Part shown: piece by piece, positions 30,554 to 42,819 of the stretch
Numbering within the stretch: the stretch's first letter is position 1
Layout of the letters: each line of letters begins with the position of its first letter
Assembly (NCBI GenBank): GCA_016745075.1
Contig: JADGDD010000008.1
Coordinates: forward strand, 10,678 to 74,677
Source of the DNA: Planctomycetota bacterium
GTDB taxonomy: Bacteria > Planctomycetota > UBA11346
Length of the DNA stretch: 64,000 nt
Direction of reading: 5' to 3'
Made by a program: the position numbers and the translations under genes
Notes under the pieces: model-generated
What the model was told of the DNA's origin: nothing
Databases searched by the model: none
The model's input: only the letters and a program-made list of their open reading frames with translations

Positions 30554-31567
30554 TTATTTCTCCGTCAGTAATCGAGGTGGAATGAGATGCAGACAGGCTG
30601 GACCTTTGTCTCCACGCATTCGTTGTAATAAACGTTTGGCACCAATCCGCGCCATATCCGCGATGGGATATTCTAAAGCAAAACAGTGGTCCGGCCTATT
30701 TGTTGGCAATTCGACAACACCTGTTGTTAACGATACAATAGTCACACCATATATATCATGTTGCGTACATAAATCATGCAGCTGAGTGGCCAATGTATCT
30801 GTTGGACAAATAACTGCTTCCAAATCTTCTTCACTGAGCCACTGCCGTAAGAGATTACTATCGTCTTTTCTGAACCAATGATTATGAGGCGTAGTCACTA
30901 CCACCGGTTTTTTCTGCTGCATAAGCATACCCGTAATAGCCCCTGCTTGCCGAGCGATAAATGATGGATCATGAGCCACACTTTCTACAGATGGGCCAGC
31001 AAAACCAATTCGCTCATAGCCTTGTCGATATAACTCCTCACAAGCTTGCCGAGCAACAGCATTATCATCTACCGTGACACTATCATACACACCATGATGA
31101 TTGAGGCCAAGACAAACAACGGGAGTAGTTAACCCTGCTTCCAGATCTGGGATCACACCGGTAAAATACAGCATACCATCTGCGGCATTCATCTCATCTC
31201 TGTCTGGCACATACGGTAACAAAAAGACCTCATAGCCCTGTTGCTGAAACCATGTACGCACTGTGTTAAAACAGAGGGCGACAACTTGACCGACATGACT
31301 CTCTGGAATGGAGACCAATACCCGCCCTGTGTACACTTTTTCATCCCGCACAAAATACCCACTACGTGGACGGCTCTCAATCAGTCCTACTTCTATGAGT
31401 TGTTGTAAGCCTGTAACCACTTCATGCTGGGTGGCACCATACTGCTCTCGCAGACCTGGTATAGACAAAAGCTTATCACCAACAGCTAAATCACCTCTTC
31501 CAATACGAGCACGCACATCCTTCACAAGCTGGCGTTGGCTATCACGAACACGATCTGTCATAACCAT
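30554..31567 (-). CDS. Transcriptional regulator with GntR-type N-terminal HTH and LacI/periplasmic-binding-protein-like C-terminal domain
   Basis: N-terminal GDKLLSIPGLREQYGATQHEVVTGLQQLIEVGLIESRPRSGYFV; ~270-aa sugar-binding-like C-domain; stop 3 nt from the downstream propeller gene start. Confidence 0.7.
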   Translation of the reverse strand: MVMTDRVRDSQRQLVKDVRARIGRGDLAVGDKLLSIPGLREQYGATQHEVVTGLQQLIEVGLIESRPRSGYFVRDEKVYTGRVLVSIPESHVGQVVALCFNTVRTWFQQQGYEVFLLPYVPDRDEMNAADGMLYFTGVIPDLEAGLTTPVVCLGLNHHGVYDSVTVDDNAVARQACEELYRQGYERIGFAGPSVESVAHDPSFIARQAGAITGMLMQQKKPVVVTTPHNHWFRKDDSNLLRQWLSEEDLEAVICPTDTLATQLHDLCTQHDIYGVTIVSLTTGVVELPTNRPDHCFALEYPIADMARIGAKRLLQRMRGDKGPACLHLIPPRLLTEK

Positions 31568-31839
31568 CTATATTATCTGTAAGATTTATAATATCAACAA
31601 GAGAATAACATCACTGAAAGATCAAAAAACGATCAATAATTAAAATATTAACTACGGGATGATCTATAATTAACCTATTGTATTATTAATGAATTTCAAG
31701 AAGAGAGGGAAATACGTATAAGATGAGTCCTATATCATGTCACTAACATAACTTACATACAGAATACAACAATAGTGGCACAGTATATGCCTAGAGGTTT
31801 AGCACCACCACTCCTCTACCTCTTTTTTGGAGCTTTCCT

Positions 31840-33201
31840 ATGCTATCCTCTCTTCTTCGGCACACAGCCATAATTTGCGCAAGTGCAACATTTTGTCTAC
31901 CTCTGCATACAGCAGAAACAGAACAACTTGAACTAGAAAAATCAGAATTGAAATTTGGATTTATTAAACTAACAGATTGCGCACCACTAGTTATCGCCAA
32001 AGAAAAAGGGTTTTTCTCTGATGAAGGACTCTCTGTAGAAGTCGTTGCTCAATCCAACTGGAAAATCTTGCTTGATAATGTTATCTCAGGAGAACTTGAT
32101 GGCGCACATATGCTCTCTGGTCAACCCATTGCCGCCACGATTGGCATAGGGACCAAGGCTCATATTGTAACCGCCTACACCATGGACTTAAACGGCAATG
32201 CCATCACTGTTTCTAATTCTGTCTGGTCACGCATGCAAGAGGCTGATGAGAGTCTCGATACAGAAACACCACCACACCCAATCTCTGCCCAATCACTGCG
32301 CCCTGTTGTTGATGAATATTTAGAAAATGGCGAAAAGCTGCAAATGGGGATGGTTTTTCCGGTAAGTACCCATAATTATGAATTACGATACTGGCTTGCA
32401 TCCTCTGGTATTCATCCAGGTATGTATAGCGCATCTGATGTTGGCGGACGTACCAGTGCTGAAGTAGAATTGTCCGTCACCCCACCTCCAATGATGCCAG
32501 CAACGCTAGAAGCGGGAAACATTCAAGGTTACTGCGTTGGTGAACCGTGGAATCAAAAAGCGGTCAGCACCAGCATTGGTGTACCCGTTGTTACCAATTA
32601 TGATATTTGGAAAAATAATCCAGAAAAAATTTTTGGTGTTTCTGCCGCCTGGGCAGAAGAAAATCCACAAACACATCTAGCTGTGGTTAAAGCGCTTATT
32701 CGCGCAGGACAATGGTTAGATGCCACAGATACACAAGGCACCCTAATAAACAGGAGTGAAGCTGCTCGTATTTTATCTGGCTCAAATTATGTCGGTGCTG
32801 ATTTTGATATTATTAAAAACTCTATGACTGGATTTTTCTACTTTCAAAAAACAGACAAACGGGCTATGCCAGAATTTAATGTATTTTTTGATCACTTCTG
32901 TACTTATCCGTGGTATTCTGATGGCGTTTGGTTTCTCACTCAAATGCGACGCTGGGGACAAATTACCGAAGCGAAACCTGCTTCATGGTATGCAGAAACG
33001 GCTCAAAAAGTTTACCGCCCAGATGTCTACCGTGAAGCTGCTAAGCTGTTACTCGCAGAAGGCTTTATTACTGAAGAAGATATTCCTTGGGATACCGATG
33101 GCTATAAAGCACCAACCAAAGAATTTATTGACGGCATTCTCTATGACGGTCACGATCCACTTGGCTACCTCAGCAAGCATACTATTGGACACAAGGAATA
33201 A
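31840..33201 (+). CDS. ABC transporter substrate-binding protein, NrtA/CmpA-like (NMT1 family)
   Basis: Signal peptide; [34 protein letters not shown]...; size (453 aa) fits NrtA-type rather than SsuA-type binding proteins. Confidence 0.75.
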   Translation: MLSSLLRHTAIICASATFCLPLHTAETEQLELEKSELKFGFIKLTDCAPLVIAKEKGFFSDEGLSVEVVAQSNWKILLDNVISGELDGAHMLSGQPIAATIGIGTKAHIVTAYTMDLNGNAITVSNSVWSRMQEADESLDTETPPHPISAQSLRPVVDEYLENGEKLQMGMVFPVSTHNYELRYWLASSGIHPGMYSASDVGGRTSAEVELSVTPPPMMPATLEAGNIQGYCVGEPWNQKAVSTSIGVPVVTNYDIWKNNPEKIFGVSAAWAEENPQTHLAVVKALIRAGQWLDATDTQGTLINRSEAARILSGSNYVGADFDIIKNSMTGFFYFQKTDKRAMPEFNVFFDHFCTYPWYSDGVWFLTQMRRWGQITEAKPASWYAETAQKVYRPDVYREAAKLLLAEGFITEEDIPWDTDGYKAPTKEFIDGILYDGHDPLGYLSKHTIGHKE

Positions 33202-33206
33202 ACAGC

Positions 33207-34829
33207 ATGTCTGACGAAAACAGGCGCACAGCAACAGAGCGCATCAAACATTTTCTTTTACAGGTGATTGACCTGACGGCTTTAGGCTTCTTAGAACCCG
33301 TTGTCCGCCTTATCTATGGGGAAGAACCACGTGTACAGATACGGAAAATAGGACGATTTGTTGCTGTTCCCATACTCGCCTTTCTCTGCTTTGTTGGCAT
33401 TTGGGCAGCATGGGCACCACACCACAAAACAAAGGCTGGAGAAGTACCAACCCCAAGCGTTGTCAGCGAAGCTTATACAACCATTCTGACTTTTAGTGAA
33501 CGAGAGGATAGCAAAGAGGAAGCTTATCTCCTCTCAGAAGCAGAACGGGTTCCCCTATTACAACAGGCAGAAGCTCAATTGCTGAAAGCGCGCACTACTG
33601 CACAAGCTGCTGATGAAGCAGTAGCACATGCACAAGAAGCTGATACAGCCAGTAAAAAACAACTGACAGAACGTATTAGCGAGCAATTAAAAACGCATAA
33701 GTCCACCTACAAGCAGGAGAGAAAAACACGGGAGAACGCTCTCAAAACAGAGCTTGGTACCCTGAGTAGCAACGAAAGTATTGCCCGTGTTGCTGCATTC
33801 CGTGAATGGAAAAGCAAGCAAACACGTCTACAAAAATCTATGAAGGAAGATCTTGCACGCATACGCGCACAAGTAAATCCCAAGGTACAAACTGCCTTAG
33901 CACAACAAACATCTTGTGCTGAAGAAGTACAATACCTGTCGAGCTATTGCGACATTCTCAGCAAAAGTAACAAGGAAAGCAAACTCGCTGCTATAGACGC
34001 AGAAATTCTTGCATTACAGAATAGCATGAAACAAGCTGACACAAAAAATAGATACAAACAAGCAGATAAAATACTCGTCTTACATGAACGTCGTAAAAAG
34101 GTTGAAGCGAGCAGCTACGCAAAAGCATCAACCTTACCCATGCAAATTATCCGTAGTATTGCATGTGTCTTTGCTGGTTTTCTTATTGGCACCGTCATTG
34201 CCGTTCCCATAGGTGTATGCTGTGGTTTAAGCAGCACTTTTATGGCAGCAGTAACACCGTTTATAGCACTCTTTAAACCAGTCTCCCCCATTGTCTGGCT
34301 TCCTATTTTACTCATTATTGTTGGTGGCTTTATTCCTGATCCGGAAACACATTGGTTGATTCAATGGCTCTGGGATGCGCCACTTATCGGTGAATTAAAA
34401 ATAAACCCTGCTTTTCTCGCTTCTGCTCTTACCGTAGCTATGTGCTCACTTTGGGCAACCATGGTCAATGCCGCGTTGGGTGTTGCTTCCGTAGATGAAG
34501 ACCATCTTAATGTTGCAAAAGTCTTACGTTTAGGTTTTTGTGCACGATTATTTAAAATTATTTTACCATCTTCACTGCCACTTATTTTTGCAGGCATGCG
34601 CATTAGCCTCGGCGTTGGTTGGATGGTATTAATTGCAGCGGAATTACTAGCCAGCTCAGAAGGGATTGGTAAATTTGTTTGGGACCAATTTAACAATGGC
34701 GCATCGGACTCTTTTGCAAAAATGTTTGTGGTCGTCTTTGTCGTTGGTTTCGTCGGACTGATTTTGGATCGTATTATGATCATCTTCCAACGCCTCGTTA
34801 GTTTCGAAGGCTCTGTTGCAGCCATTTAA
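33207..34829 (+). CDS. ABC transporter permease (NrtB-like) with a ~230-aa insertion after the first TM helix
   Basis: C-terminal 250 aa match binding-protein-dependent permease TM core; N-terminal TM followed by a long charged, Lys/Glu/Gln-rich coiled-coil-like region. Confidence 0.75.
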   Translation: MSDENRRTATERIKHFLLQVIDLTALGFLEPVVRLIYGEEPRVQIRKIGRFVAVPILAFLCFVGIWAAWAPHHKTKAGEVPTPSVVSEAYTTILTFSEREDSKEEAYLLSEAERVPLLQQAEAQLLKARTTAQAADEAVAHAQEADTASKKQLTERISEQLKTHKSTYKQERKTRENALKTELGTLSSNESIARVAAFREWKSKQTRLQKSMKEDLARIRAQVNPKVQTALAQQTSCAEEVQYLSSYCDILSKSNKESKLAAIDAEILALQNSMKQADTKNRYKQADKILVLHERRKKVEASSYAKASTLPMQIIRSIACVFAGFLIGTVIAVPIGVCCGLSSTFMAAVTPFIALFKPVSPIVWLPILLIIVGGFIPDPETHWLIQWLWDAPLIGELKINPAFLASALTVAMCSLWATMVNAALGVASVDEDHLNVAKVLRLGFCARLFKIILPSSLPLIFAGMRISLGVGWMVLIAAELLASSEGIGKFVWDQFNNGASDSFAKMFVVVFVVGFVGLILDRIMIIFQRLVSFEGSVAAI

Positions 34830-34838
34830 GGACACACT

Positions 34839-35705
34839 ATGTCACTGCTTACTTTAGAACATGTCAACAAAGGTTTTGGCCCTGCGGCAAACAGATATGA
34901 AGTTCTTCATGATATTAACCTGAGCGTGGAAGAAAACGAATTTGTTGCTATTATTGGTTTCTCTGGCTCTGGAAAAAGCACTCTCATGTCTCTACTGGCT
35001 GGTTTAACCCAGCCAGATAGCGGCACAATGCGCTTACGTGGCGAAATCGTCAACAAACCGGGCCCAGAGTTAGGAATTATGTTTCAAAATTATTCCCTGC
35101 TTCCTTGGCTTTCTGTTTATGAAAATGTAGAAATTGCAGTTCGCCAAGTTTTTCCAAAAATGGAGAAAGGTGAACGAGCTGATTATATCCGCCATTACAC
35201 CAGTATGGTCGGGCTTGATAACGCTGAGTGGAAAAAACCCAGTGAGTTATCTGGCGGTATGCGCCAACGTTTATCGCTCGCTCGTACACTCTCTATGAAA
35301 CCAGATATTTTATTACTTGATGAACCGCTCTCTGCTTTAGATGCAATAACTCGTTCAAGTCTACAAGATGAAATTATTCGTATTTGGAATGATGATAAAA
35401 AAACAGTGGTGATGATTACGAACGATGTAGACGAAGCCGCACTGATGGCTGACCGTATTGTACCGCTTACCCTTGGTCCTGCGGCCACCCTAGCATCAGA
35501 CTTCCCCGTAACACTTGATCGGCCACGAGACCGCACCACGCTCAATTACAATGACACCTTCAAAACACTTCGCAATGATGTCAGCCAATTCATGATGAGC
35601 CTCAGTGATGAGGCACAAACTGAAACAAACGACACTTATATATTACCAGACATACAACCAAAAGACTTCACTCAGCATACCGTTTTATCAAGGGCCCACT
35701 CATGA
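34839..35705 (+). CDS. ABC transporter ATP-binding protein (NrtD/SsuB-like)
   Basis: Walker [10 protein letters not shown], signature LSGGMRQR, Walker B LLLDEP. Confidence 0.9.
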   Translation: MSLLTLEHVNKGFGPAANRYEVLHDINLSVEENEFVAIIGFSGSGKSTLMSLLAGLTQPDSGTMRLRGEIVNKPGPELGIMFQNYSLLPWLSVYENVEIAVRQVFPKMEKGERADYIRHYTSMVGLDNAEWKKPSELSGGMRQRLSLARTLSMKPDILLLDEPLSALDAITRSSLQDEIIRIWNDDKKTVVMITNDVDEAALMADRIVPLTLGPAATLASDFPVTLDRPRDRTTLNYNDTFKTLRNDVSQFMMSLSDEAQTETNDTYILPDIQPKDFTQHTVLSRAHS

Positions 35706-36577
35706 ATGAACCATATGTCGATATCACTGGGCTCGTTAAAGAATACCCCAACCCCAAAGGAGATCCGATACGGGTTGTCGATCGTTTTAATTTATCGGTA
35801 CAACGCGGAGAATTCATTGGGCTTATTGGCCACTCTGGCTGTGGTAAATCTACCGTGTTAACAATGGTTGCAGGGCTCAACGACATCACCAGCGGATCAG
35901 TCATCGTTGACGGCAGAGAAACAAGTGGCCCCGGCCCAGACCGAGCGGTGGTATTTCAATCACCTTGTTTATTACCGTGGATGACTGCTTATAATAATGT
36001 GATGCTTGGAGTGAAGCGTGTCTATCCCACAGCCACACAACAAGAACGACATGATTTAGTATGCTACTATATGAACCGTGTTGGGCTTGCAGACAGCATG
36101 GATAAATATCCAGGAGAGATGTCTGGCGGTATGCAACAACGCGTTGGTATTGCTCGAGCTATTGCCCTCAAACCGAAAGTATTGCTCTTAGATGAACCCT
36201 TTGGCCGGCTCGATTCATTAACACGAATGGAATTACAAGATGTTATCTTACAGATTTTAAGTACGGAAAAAATAACAACACTTATGGTGACTCATGATCC
36301 AGACGAAGCCGTTTTTATGTGTGACCGTATTTGCATGATGACCAATGGTCCACGAGCAAAGGTTGGACAAATTGTTAGTATTCCTTTCGGCCAAAATCGT
36401 GTGCGCGCTGATGTTCTTAGTGATCCACGTTATTATGATTTACGTGTCAGCTTAATTGATTTTCTTGATAAATGTGAAAAAGAAAAAGAACAGGCACCTG
36501 TTACCGATAGCCATAATCCGTATGAAACAACACTGCAACCACAATTAGCACTTGGTCGCCTAGGAGTCTCTTCATGA
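35702..36577 (+). CDS. ABC transporter ATP-binding protein (second ATPase, NrtC/D-like)
   Basis: Walker [10 protein letters not shown], signature MSGGMQQR, Walker B LLLDEP; start overlaps previous stop. Confidence 0.9.
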   Translation: MNEPYVDITGLVKEYPNPKGDPIRVVDRFNLSVQRGEFIGLIGHSGCGKSTVLTMVAGLNDITSGSVIVDGRETSGPGPDRAVVFQSPCLLPWMTAYNNVMLGVKRVYPTATQQERHDLVCYYMNRVGLADSMDKYPGEMSGGMQQRVGIARAIALKPKVLLLDEPFGRLDSLTRMELQDVILQILSTEKITTLMVTHDPDEAVFMCDRICMMTNGPRAKVGQIVSIPFGQNRVRADVLSDPRYYDLRVSLIDFLDKCEKEKEQAPVTDSHNPYETTLQPQLALGRLGVSS

Positions 36578-37500
36578 ATGACCAGACAATGATTCGCGCT
36601 GTTGAAATATGGACTCAGAAAGAAAAGAGATGGCACTGCGATGCCCAAGTTGGTACGGATGATGTTGGTGGAGTTGAACGCCAAGCATACGACAACGATC
36701 TCTTCGCCGAACAGATGCTTGATCCGCAACCACGCCTCTACACTGATTCAGACAGCATACACAACGAATGTATTGCTCGTACTTCTATCGCAGAACCACA
36801 CAATATTGGCGCACTGCTCTGCCTGCCTTGTATCGAACACAATACCATACAAGCACTCGTTCTATTCTTTCTTGCGCCAGAAGCGGTCACACAAGGAGCA
36901 GTAGAAATATGGAGTGGCACCCACGGCAGTCACGAATTACACGTGTGCCAAGGCTATTACCCGCAAGCACAACAATTTGGCACCCTAAGCAGTTCTATCG
37001 GCCTACCCTATGGAAGTGGACTACCTGGACGTGCTTGGAGCATTGCTGCTCCACAAGTAGTTCCTGATATTGGAACTGCCCAACGTTTCTTGCGCTCATC
37101 CAGCGCTGATAATGAATCACTCGGCCTTGGTATCGCCATACCCATCATTTCTACACACACCTTACTTGGTGTCTGCACACTCTTATCTCCACGACAATAT
37201 CCATCTACCCGAGTTGTCGAAATATGGAGACCACATCACAGCAAACAAGGTAAAATGGATTGTGCCGATGCATTTTACCAAGATGGCATCCTACTTTCAA
37301 AAGCTCCCGCTCATATCGCCCCTGGAAATGGCCTTGCTGGTCGCGCTTGGTCCGAACGTACACCTGTTTGTTGCAACGACCTCTCTACCGCCTGCCATAA
37401 GCGCACAACTGATTTTGCAGAGAGTCCACTCACCTATGGCCTAGCCCTTCCTATTATTGTAGGCGAAGACATACGTTCGGTTATCTGTTTGTATTGGTAA
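36574..37500 (+). CDS. Tandem GAF-like domain protein (putative ligand sensor), last gene of the ABC operon
   Basis: Repeated blocks [10 protein letters not shown] / [10 protein letters not shown] and three VEIW segments; start overlaps the preceding ATPase stop; GAF assignment by motif only. Confidence 0.45.
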   Translation: MNDQTMIRAVEIWTQKEKRWHCDAQVGTDDVGGVERQAYDNDLFAEQMLDPQPRLYTDSDSIHNECIARTSIAEPHNIGALLCLPCIEHNTIQALVLFFLAPEAVTQGAVEIWSGTHGSHELHVCQGYYPQAQQFGTLSSSIGLPYGSGLPGRAWSIAAPQVVPDIGTAQRFLRSSSADNESLGLGIAIPIISTHTLLGVCTLLSPRQYPSTRVVEIWRPHHSKQGKMDCADAFYQDGILLSKAPAHIAPGNGLAGRAWSERTPVCCNDLSTACHKRTTDFAESPLTYGLALPIIVGEDIRSVICLYW

Positions 37501-37560
37501 AAGGCTGGACAGCTCTTCACCTTATGGTCATACAATCACTTGAATATACTTACATATGCA

Positions 37561-37593
37561 AACGCCTCTTCGTACAAGAAGAGGCGTTTTTTT
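37561..37593 (+). terminator. Rho-independent terminator of the ABC/GAF operon
   Basis: Stem aacgcctcttc / gaagaggcgtt with 6-nt loop followed by a T7 run. Confidence 0.6.
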
Positions 37594-37621
37594 ACACAAT
37601 AAGGTAGGTATCACTCAAACT

Positions 37622-39175
37622 TTATTCCCACTCAATAGTGCCTGGAGGCTTACTGGTAATGTCATAGACAACACGATTAATGCCGCGAACTTCGTTGATG
37701 ATACGGCTACTCATGCGACCGAGGAGATCGTGTGGAAGCTGGGCGAAGTCGGCGGTCATGCCGTCTGTAGCGGTGATGGCGCGGATCGCACAAACGTTTT
37801 CAAAAGTTCGTTCGTCACCCATGACACCGACTGTTTTTACTGGCAACAATACTGCAAAATATTGCCACACTTCGCGGCCAAATCCCGCGTCTTCAATTTC
37901 TTGACGAACAATAGCATCGGCTTCTTGCAGTACGCGTGTTTTCTCAGCAGTGATGTCTGAGCAGATACGGACGGCTAAGCCTGGGCCTGGGAATGGCTGA
38001 CGCCAAACAACACTATCTGGCAGACCAAGTTCTGTTCCGACGGCGCGCACTTCATCCTTAAACAAAAAACGGAATGGTTCGAGTAAATCAAGCTCAAGGT
38101 CTTCTGGTAAACCACCAACATTATGGTGACTCTTAATAACAGAAGCTGGGCCACCGTGTACGCTTTGTGATTCAATAACGTCTGGATACAGAGTTCCTTG
38201 AGCAAGGAACTTCACTTCCCCTTCACCTGATAATTTAATTTTCTCAGCTTCTCTCCGGAAAACTTCAACAAACTCGTTACCAATTATTTTACGTTTCTTT
38301 TCTGGGTCACTAACACCAGCTAATAAACCGAGGAAATCATCAGTTGCGTCAACATAGACCAGCTTGGCTTCTGCAATATGTTCTGCATACATGTCTTGTA
38401 CAGATTGTGCTTCATCTTTGCGGAGCAATCCATTATTAACGAACACACACGTCAGTCGACTACCAATAGCTTTGTGAATAAGCACAGCTGCCACGGAAGA
38501 GTCTACACCGCCAGACAGACCCAGTACAACGTGCGCATCACCAACGGCTGCACGAATGCGAGCAACTTCTTCTTCTATGAAGTCACCCATTTCCCAATCA
38601 CCTTTGCAATTACAAATATGAAAGAGGAAGTTTTTCAGAATAGCAAAGCCATGCTCACTGTGTACAACTTCTGGATGAAACTGCACACCGTAAAATTTAA
38701 TGTCTGGTATTTCTACCGCAGCTAGCGGGCAATTATCACTCTTGGCAATCGCATTGACACCTGGAATATTTTCAATGCGGTCGCCATGCGACATCCATAC
38801 CGTTTGCCGCTGCGGTAAATCTTTAAACAATGGGTTGGCAATATCACAGACAATTTCGGTGCGACCAAATTCACGTTCGTCAGCAGGTTTTACCGTCCCA
38901 CCATTCAAATGTGCGGTTAACTGCATACCATAACAAATGCCCATAACAGGGATACCAAGTCCGTAGACTTTTTTATCAACAGTTGGCGCATATTCACCAT
39001 ATACAGACGCAGGCCCACCAGACAAAATAATACCTTTTACCTCTGGGCGACGCATCTCATCAACAGATGCGGTGCAGGGTAAAATTTCGCAGTAAACCCC
39101 AGCCTCACGAACACGGCGCGCAATAAGCTGCGTTACCTGTGAACCAAAATCAAGAACTATAATTGTTTCATGCAT
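37622..39175 (-). CDS. guaA: GMP synthase (glutamine-hydrolysing)
   Basis: N-terminal class-I glutamine amidotransferase, central PP-loop SGGVDSSV, C-terminal ...KPPGTIEWE. Confidence 0.97.
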   Translation of the reverse strand: MHETIIVLDFGSQVTQLIARRVREAGVYCEILPCTASVDEMRRPEVKGIILSGGPASVYGEYAPTVDKKVYGLGIPVMGICYGMQLTAHLNGGTVKPADEREFGRTEIVCDIANPLFKDLPQRQTVWMSHGDRIENIPGVNAIAKSDNCPLAAVEIPDIKFYGVQFHPEVVHSEHGFAILKNFLFHICNCKGDWEMGDFIEEEVARIRAAVGDAHVVLGLSGGVDSSVAAVLIHKAIGSRLTCVFVNNGLLRKDEAQSVQDMYAEHIAEAKLVYVDATDDFLGLLAGVSDPEKKRKIIGNEFVEVFRREAEKIKLSGEGEVKFLAQGTLYPDVIESQSVHGGPASVIKSHHNVGGLPEDLELDLLEPFRFLFKDEVRAVGTELGLPDSVVWRQPFPGPGLAVRICSDITAEKTRVLQEADAIVRQEIEDAGFGREVWQYFAVLLPVKTVGVMGDERTFENVCAIRAITATDGMTADFAQLPHDLLGRMSSRIINEVRGINRVVYDITSKPPGTIEWE

Positions 39176-39353
39176 AATACTAACCTTTAATGTTTTTAAT
39201 TTAAGAGTGGGAATCGGGGGTTTTTTCTGGAGAAAGATTCATCTGTAATCTAAATTCCTATCGCTAAATTTGACGCACAAACTCAACGGCTTCTTTAAAT
39301 CGATCTCCTGAAGCTCCAACAATTCCCATCATCTCTTTTTTCTGTACCACCAC

Positions 39354-40814
<1,461 letters not shown>

Positions 40815-40890
40815 TTATCTCTCAAGGAGACATCTTTTACAGACGGTTTCCGCAAGGCAAGCAGGCCGTTGAGGCACCGATGTATAAACG

Positions 40891-41814
40891 TTGCCCCACA
40901 GCCCCACGCTCATACGATCTCTGGCTATGCGACCTGAACTACGAAACCGTCTTCTCTTCGGCCTCCCCATGGCAGCACTTGTCATGGGCTGCATCATCTA
41001 CGACCTCAACTCTGGCAATCACTGGGGTATACTCAGTCTACTCAGTATCTGTGTAATTATGGCTTGTGGCGAGATAAAAGGGCTTGGTAAAGCCCATGGC
41101 TATTCTATACCACTTATTCCCTTAACCGTTAGCTGCCTTGCACTTATGGGATGGTTTGCTGCGCAAGCCCTAAATCTTATTCCGCTAGAATTGCAAAAAA
41201 TCCCTGGAGTTGCCTTAATTATAGGCATGGCCTTTGTCTGGCAAAGCCTGTCTCATTTAAGTAAACACGGCTATGCAGACTACACTCGGCATTTAGGGCT
41301 TGGTAGCTTTGGTTTGGTCTATGTTGGCATCTGCGGCGGCATGATCTTTAACTTAGCTGTGATAGAACAACCTGGCAACGTCAGTGCTGGGACACAACTG
41401 GTTATTATGATGATTTGCGCCTGTAAACTAGGTGACGTCTTCGCCTACTTTGGTGGACGTGCCTTTGGCAAACATAAGCTCGCTCCCCGTGTAAGTCCCG
41501 GCAAAACGTGGGAAGGCTTCTTTAGTGCCTTCTTTGGCGCTGTAGTAGGCACCCTCTTTGCCTGTTGGATTATTGGTATGGCCGTACCAGAACAAAGCCT
41601 AGCATTGCCTGAGCTCTGGCAGCAAATTGTTTGGGGGCTTCTTTTGGCACCAATTGGAGTCGTTGGCGATCTTGTAGAGAGCTGTCTCAAACGGGATGCA
41701 GATGTGAAAGATTCCAGCACTGCCATTCCTGGCTTTGGTGGTTTTCTTGATTTATTTGATGCCGTGTTATTTGCTGCTCCAGTTGCCTACGTCTTAACGC
41801 TCTTTCTTCTGTAG
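40891..41814 (+). CDS. cdsA: Phosphatidate cytidylyltransferase (CdsA family) membrane protein
   Basis: Multi-TM protein with the CdsA signature region RVSPGKTWEGFFSAFFG. Confidence 0.7.
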   Translation: MPHSPTLIRSLAMRPELRNRLLFGLPMAALVMGCIIYDLNSGNHWGILSLLSICVIMACGEIKGLGKAHGYSIPLIPLTVSCLALMGWFAAQALNLIPLELQKIPGVALIIGMAFVWQSLSHLSKHGYADYTRHLGLGSFGLVYVGICGGMIFNLAVIEQPGNVSAGTQLVIMMICACKLGDVFAYFGGRAFGKHKLAPRVSPGKTWEGFFSAFFGAVVGTLFACWIIGMAVPEQSLALPELWQQIVWGLLLAPIGVVGDLVESCLKRDADVKDSSTAIPGFGGFLDLFDAVLFAAPVAYVLTLFLL

Positions 41815-41831
41815 AGCCTGCTTTCGGAAAC

Positions 41832-42788
41832 ATGCCCATGCGATTAGTTATACTCTCTTTATGCGTTCTTACCCTTACCATAACAACCAGCACAGTATCA
41901 GCAGCAAGCTACACCGCCCAATCCGTTGCTGACGACGGGCGTATCATTGTGCTCTTTAATCGTATTCCGGTCTCTCTTACTTTAGCACACATCACGCTGC
42001 CTGATGACCAACAATTACATAAACAAGCCATAGCCCAGATAGAGCAACTTATTAAGGGCAAAAGAATCCGAGTTGATTTTCGTAATACATTTGGTGTTGA
42101 TCGCTTGGGAGCTGGTCGCGTTCATATGACCATAGATAAAACAAATATCGCCCGTGAACTGGTTGAAGCTGGCCTTGCTCGTTACCAAGCTGCTTCACAA
42201 ACAGAGAATGCCTATGAAAAACCACTGATCTCCCTCGAAGAAAAAGCCAAGAAAAAAGAAAAGGGCATCTGGGCGGCCAACAAACGAGTAAGCACACACA
42301 ATGAGCACACAACACCGGCTGCAACAACTAAACCCAAGAAAAAAAAGAGCACAAAACGCACTGCTCAAAAAACAATTACTGGTCCATATTGCGCAGAACT
42401 CAACTCTAAATTTTATTACCCAAGTGATGCGTCCGCTGTCCGTCATGCCAAAAATTTAATCTATTATAAAAATGAACGAGAAGCCAAACGTGCCGGTAAA
42501 AAACCAGCACCTAAAAATACAGGTGATGTACAACTCAGTTCAGCCACTGAACAACAAGCAGATGAATACCTTAAAAAAGGAACCATCGATTACGTAAAAG
42601 CAGTCAATTTGCCCCCCACTCACGAACGTGACAAACTCTACGGTGCCTGCATGCCAAACCTTATGAAAGCCGCACAAATTTACAGCCACCTTATCGAAAA
42701 CGGCAAAGGTAATGATGACATGCAAGAAAAACTACGGAAAGCAATGATGTACCGTTATGGTGCCATGAAATCAAAACGTCATCACTAA
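41832..42788 (+). CDS. Secreted thermonuclease (SNase-like) domain protein with uncharacterised C-terminal domain
   Basis: Signal peptide; SNase-like block RIRVDF...GRVHMTIDKTNIARELVEAGLARY...EEKAKKKEKGIWA; C-terminal ~150 aa Lys-rich with no recognised family. Confidence 0.65.
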   Translation: MPMRLVILSLCVLTLTITTSTVSAASYTAQSVADDGRIIVLFNRIPVSLTLAHITLPDDQQLHKQAIAQIEQLIKGKRIRVDFRNTFGVDRLGAGRVHMTIDKTNIARELVEAGLARYQAASQTENAYEKPLISLEEKAKKKEKGIWAANKRVSTHNEHTTPAATTKPKKKKSTKRTAQKTITGPYCAELNSKFYYPSDASAVRHAKNLIYYKNEREAKRAGKKPAPKNTGDVQLSSATEQQADEYLKKGTIDYVKAVNLPPTHERDKLYGACMPNLMKAAQIYSHLIENGKGNDDMQEKLRKAMMYRYGAMKSKRHH

Positions 42789-42819
42789 TAGACCTTTATT
42801 TATTCCACTAGGATTCCTT

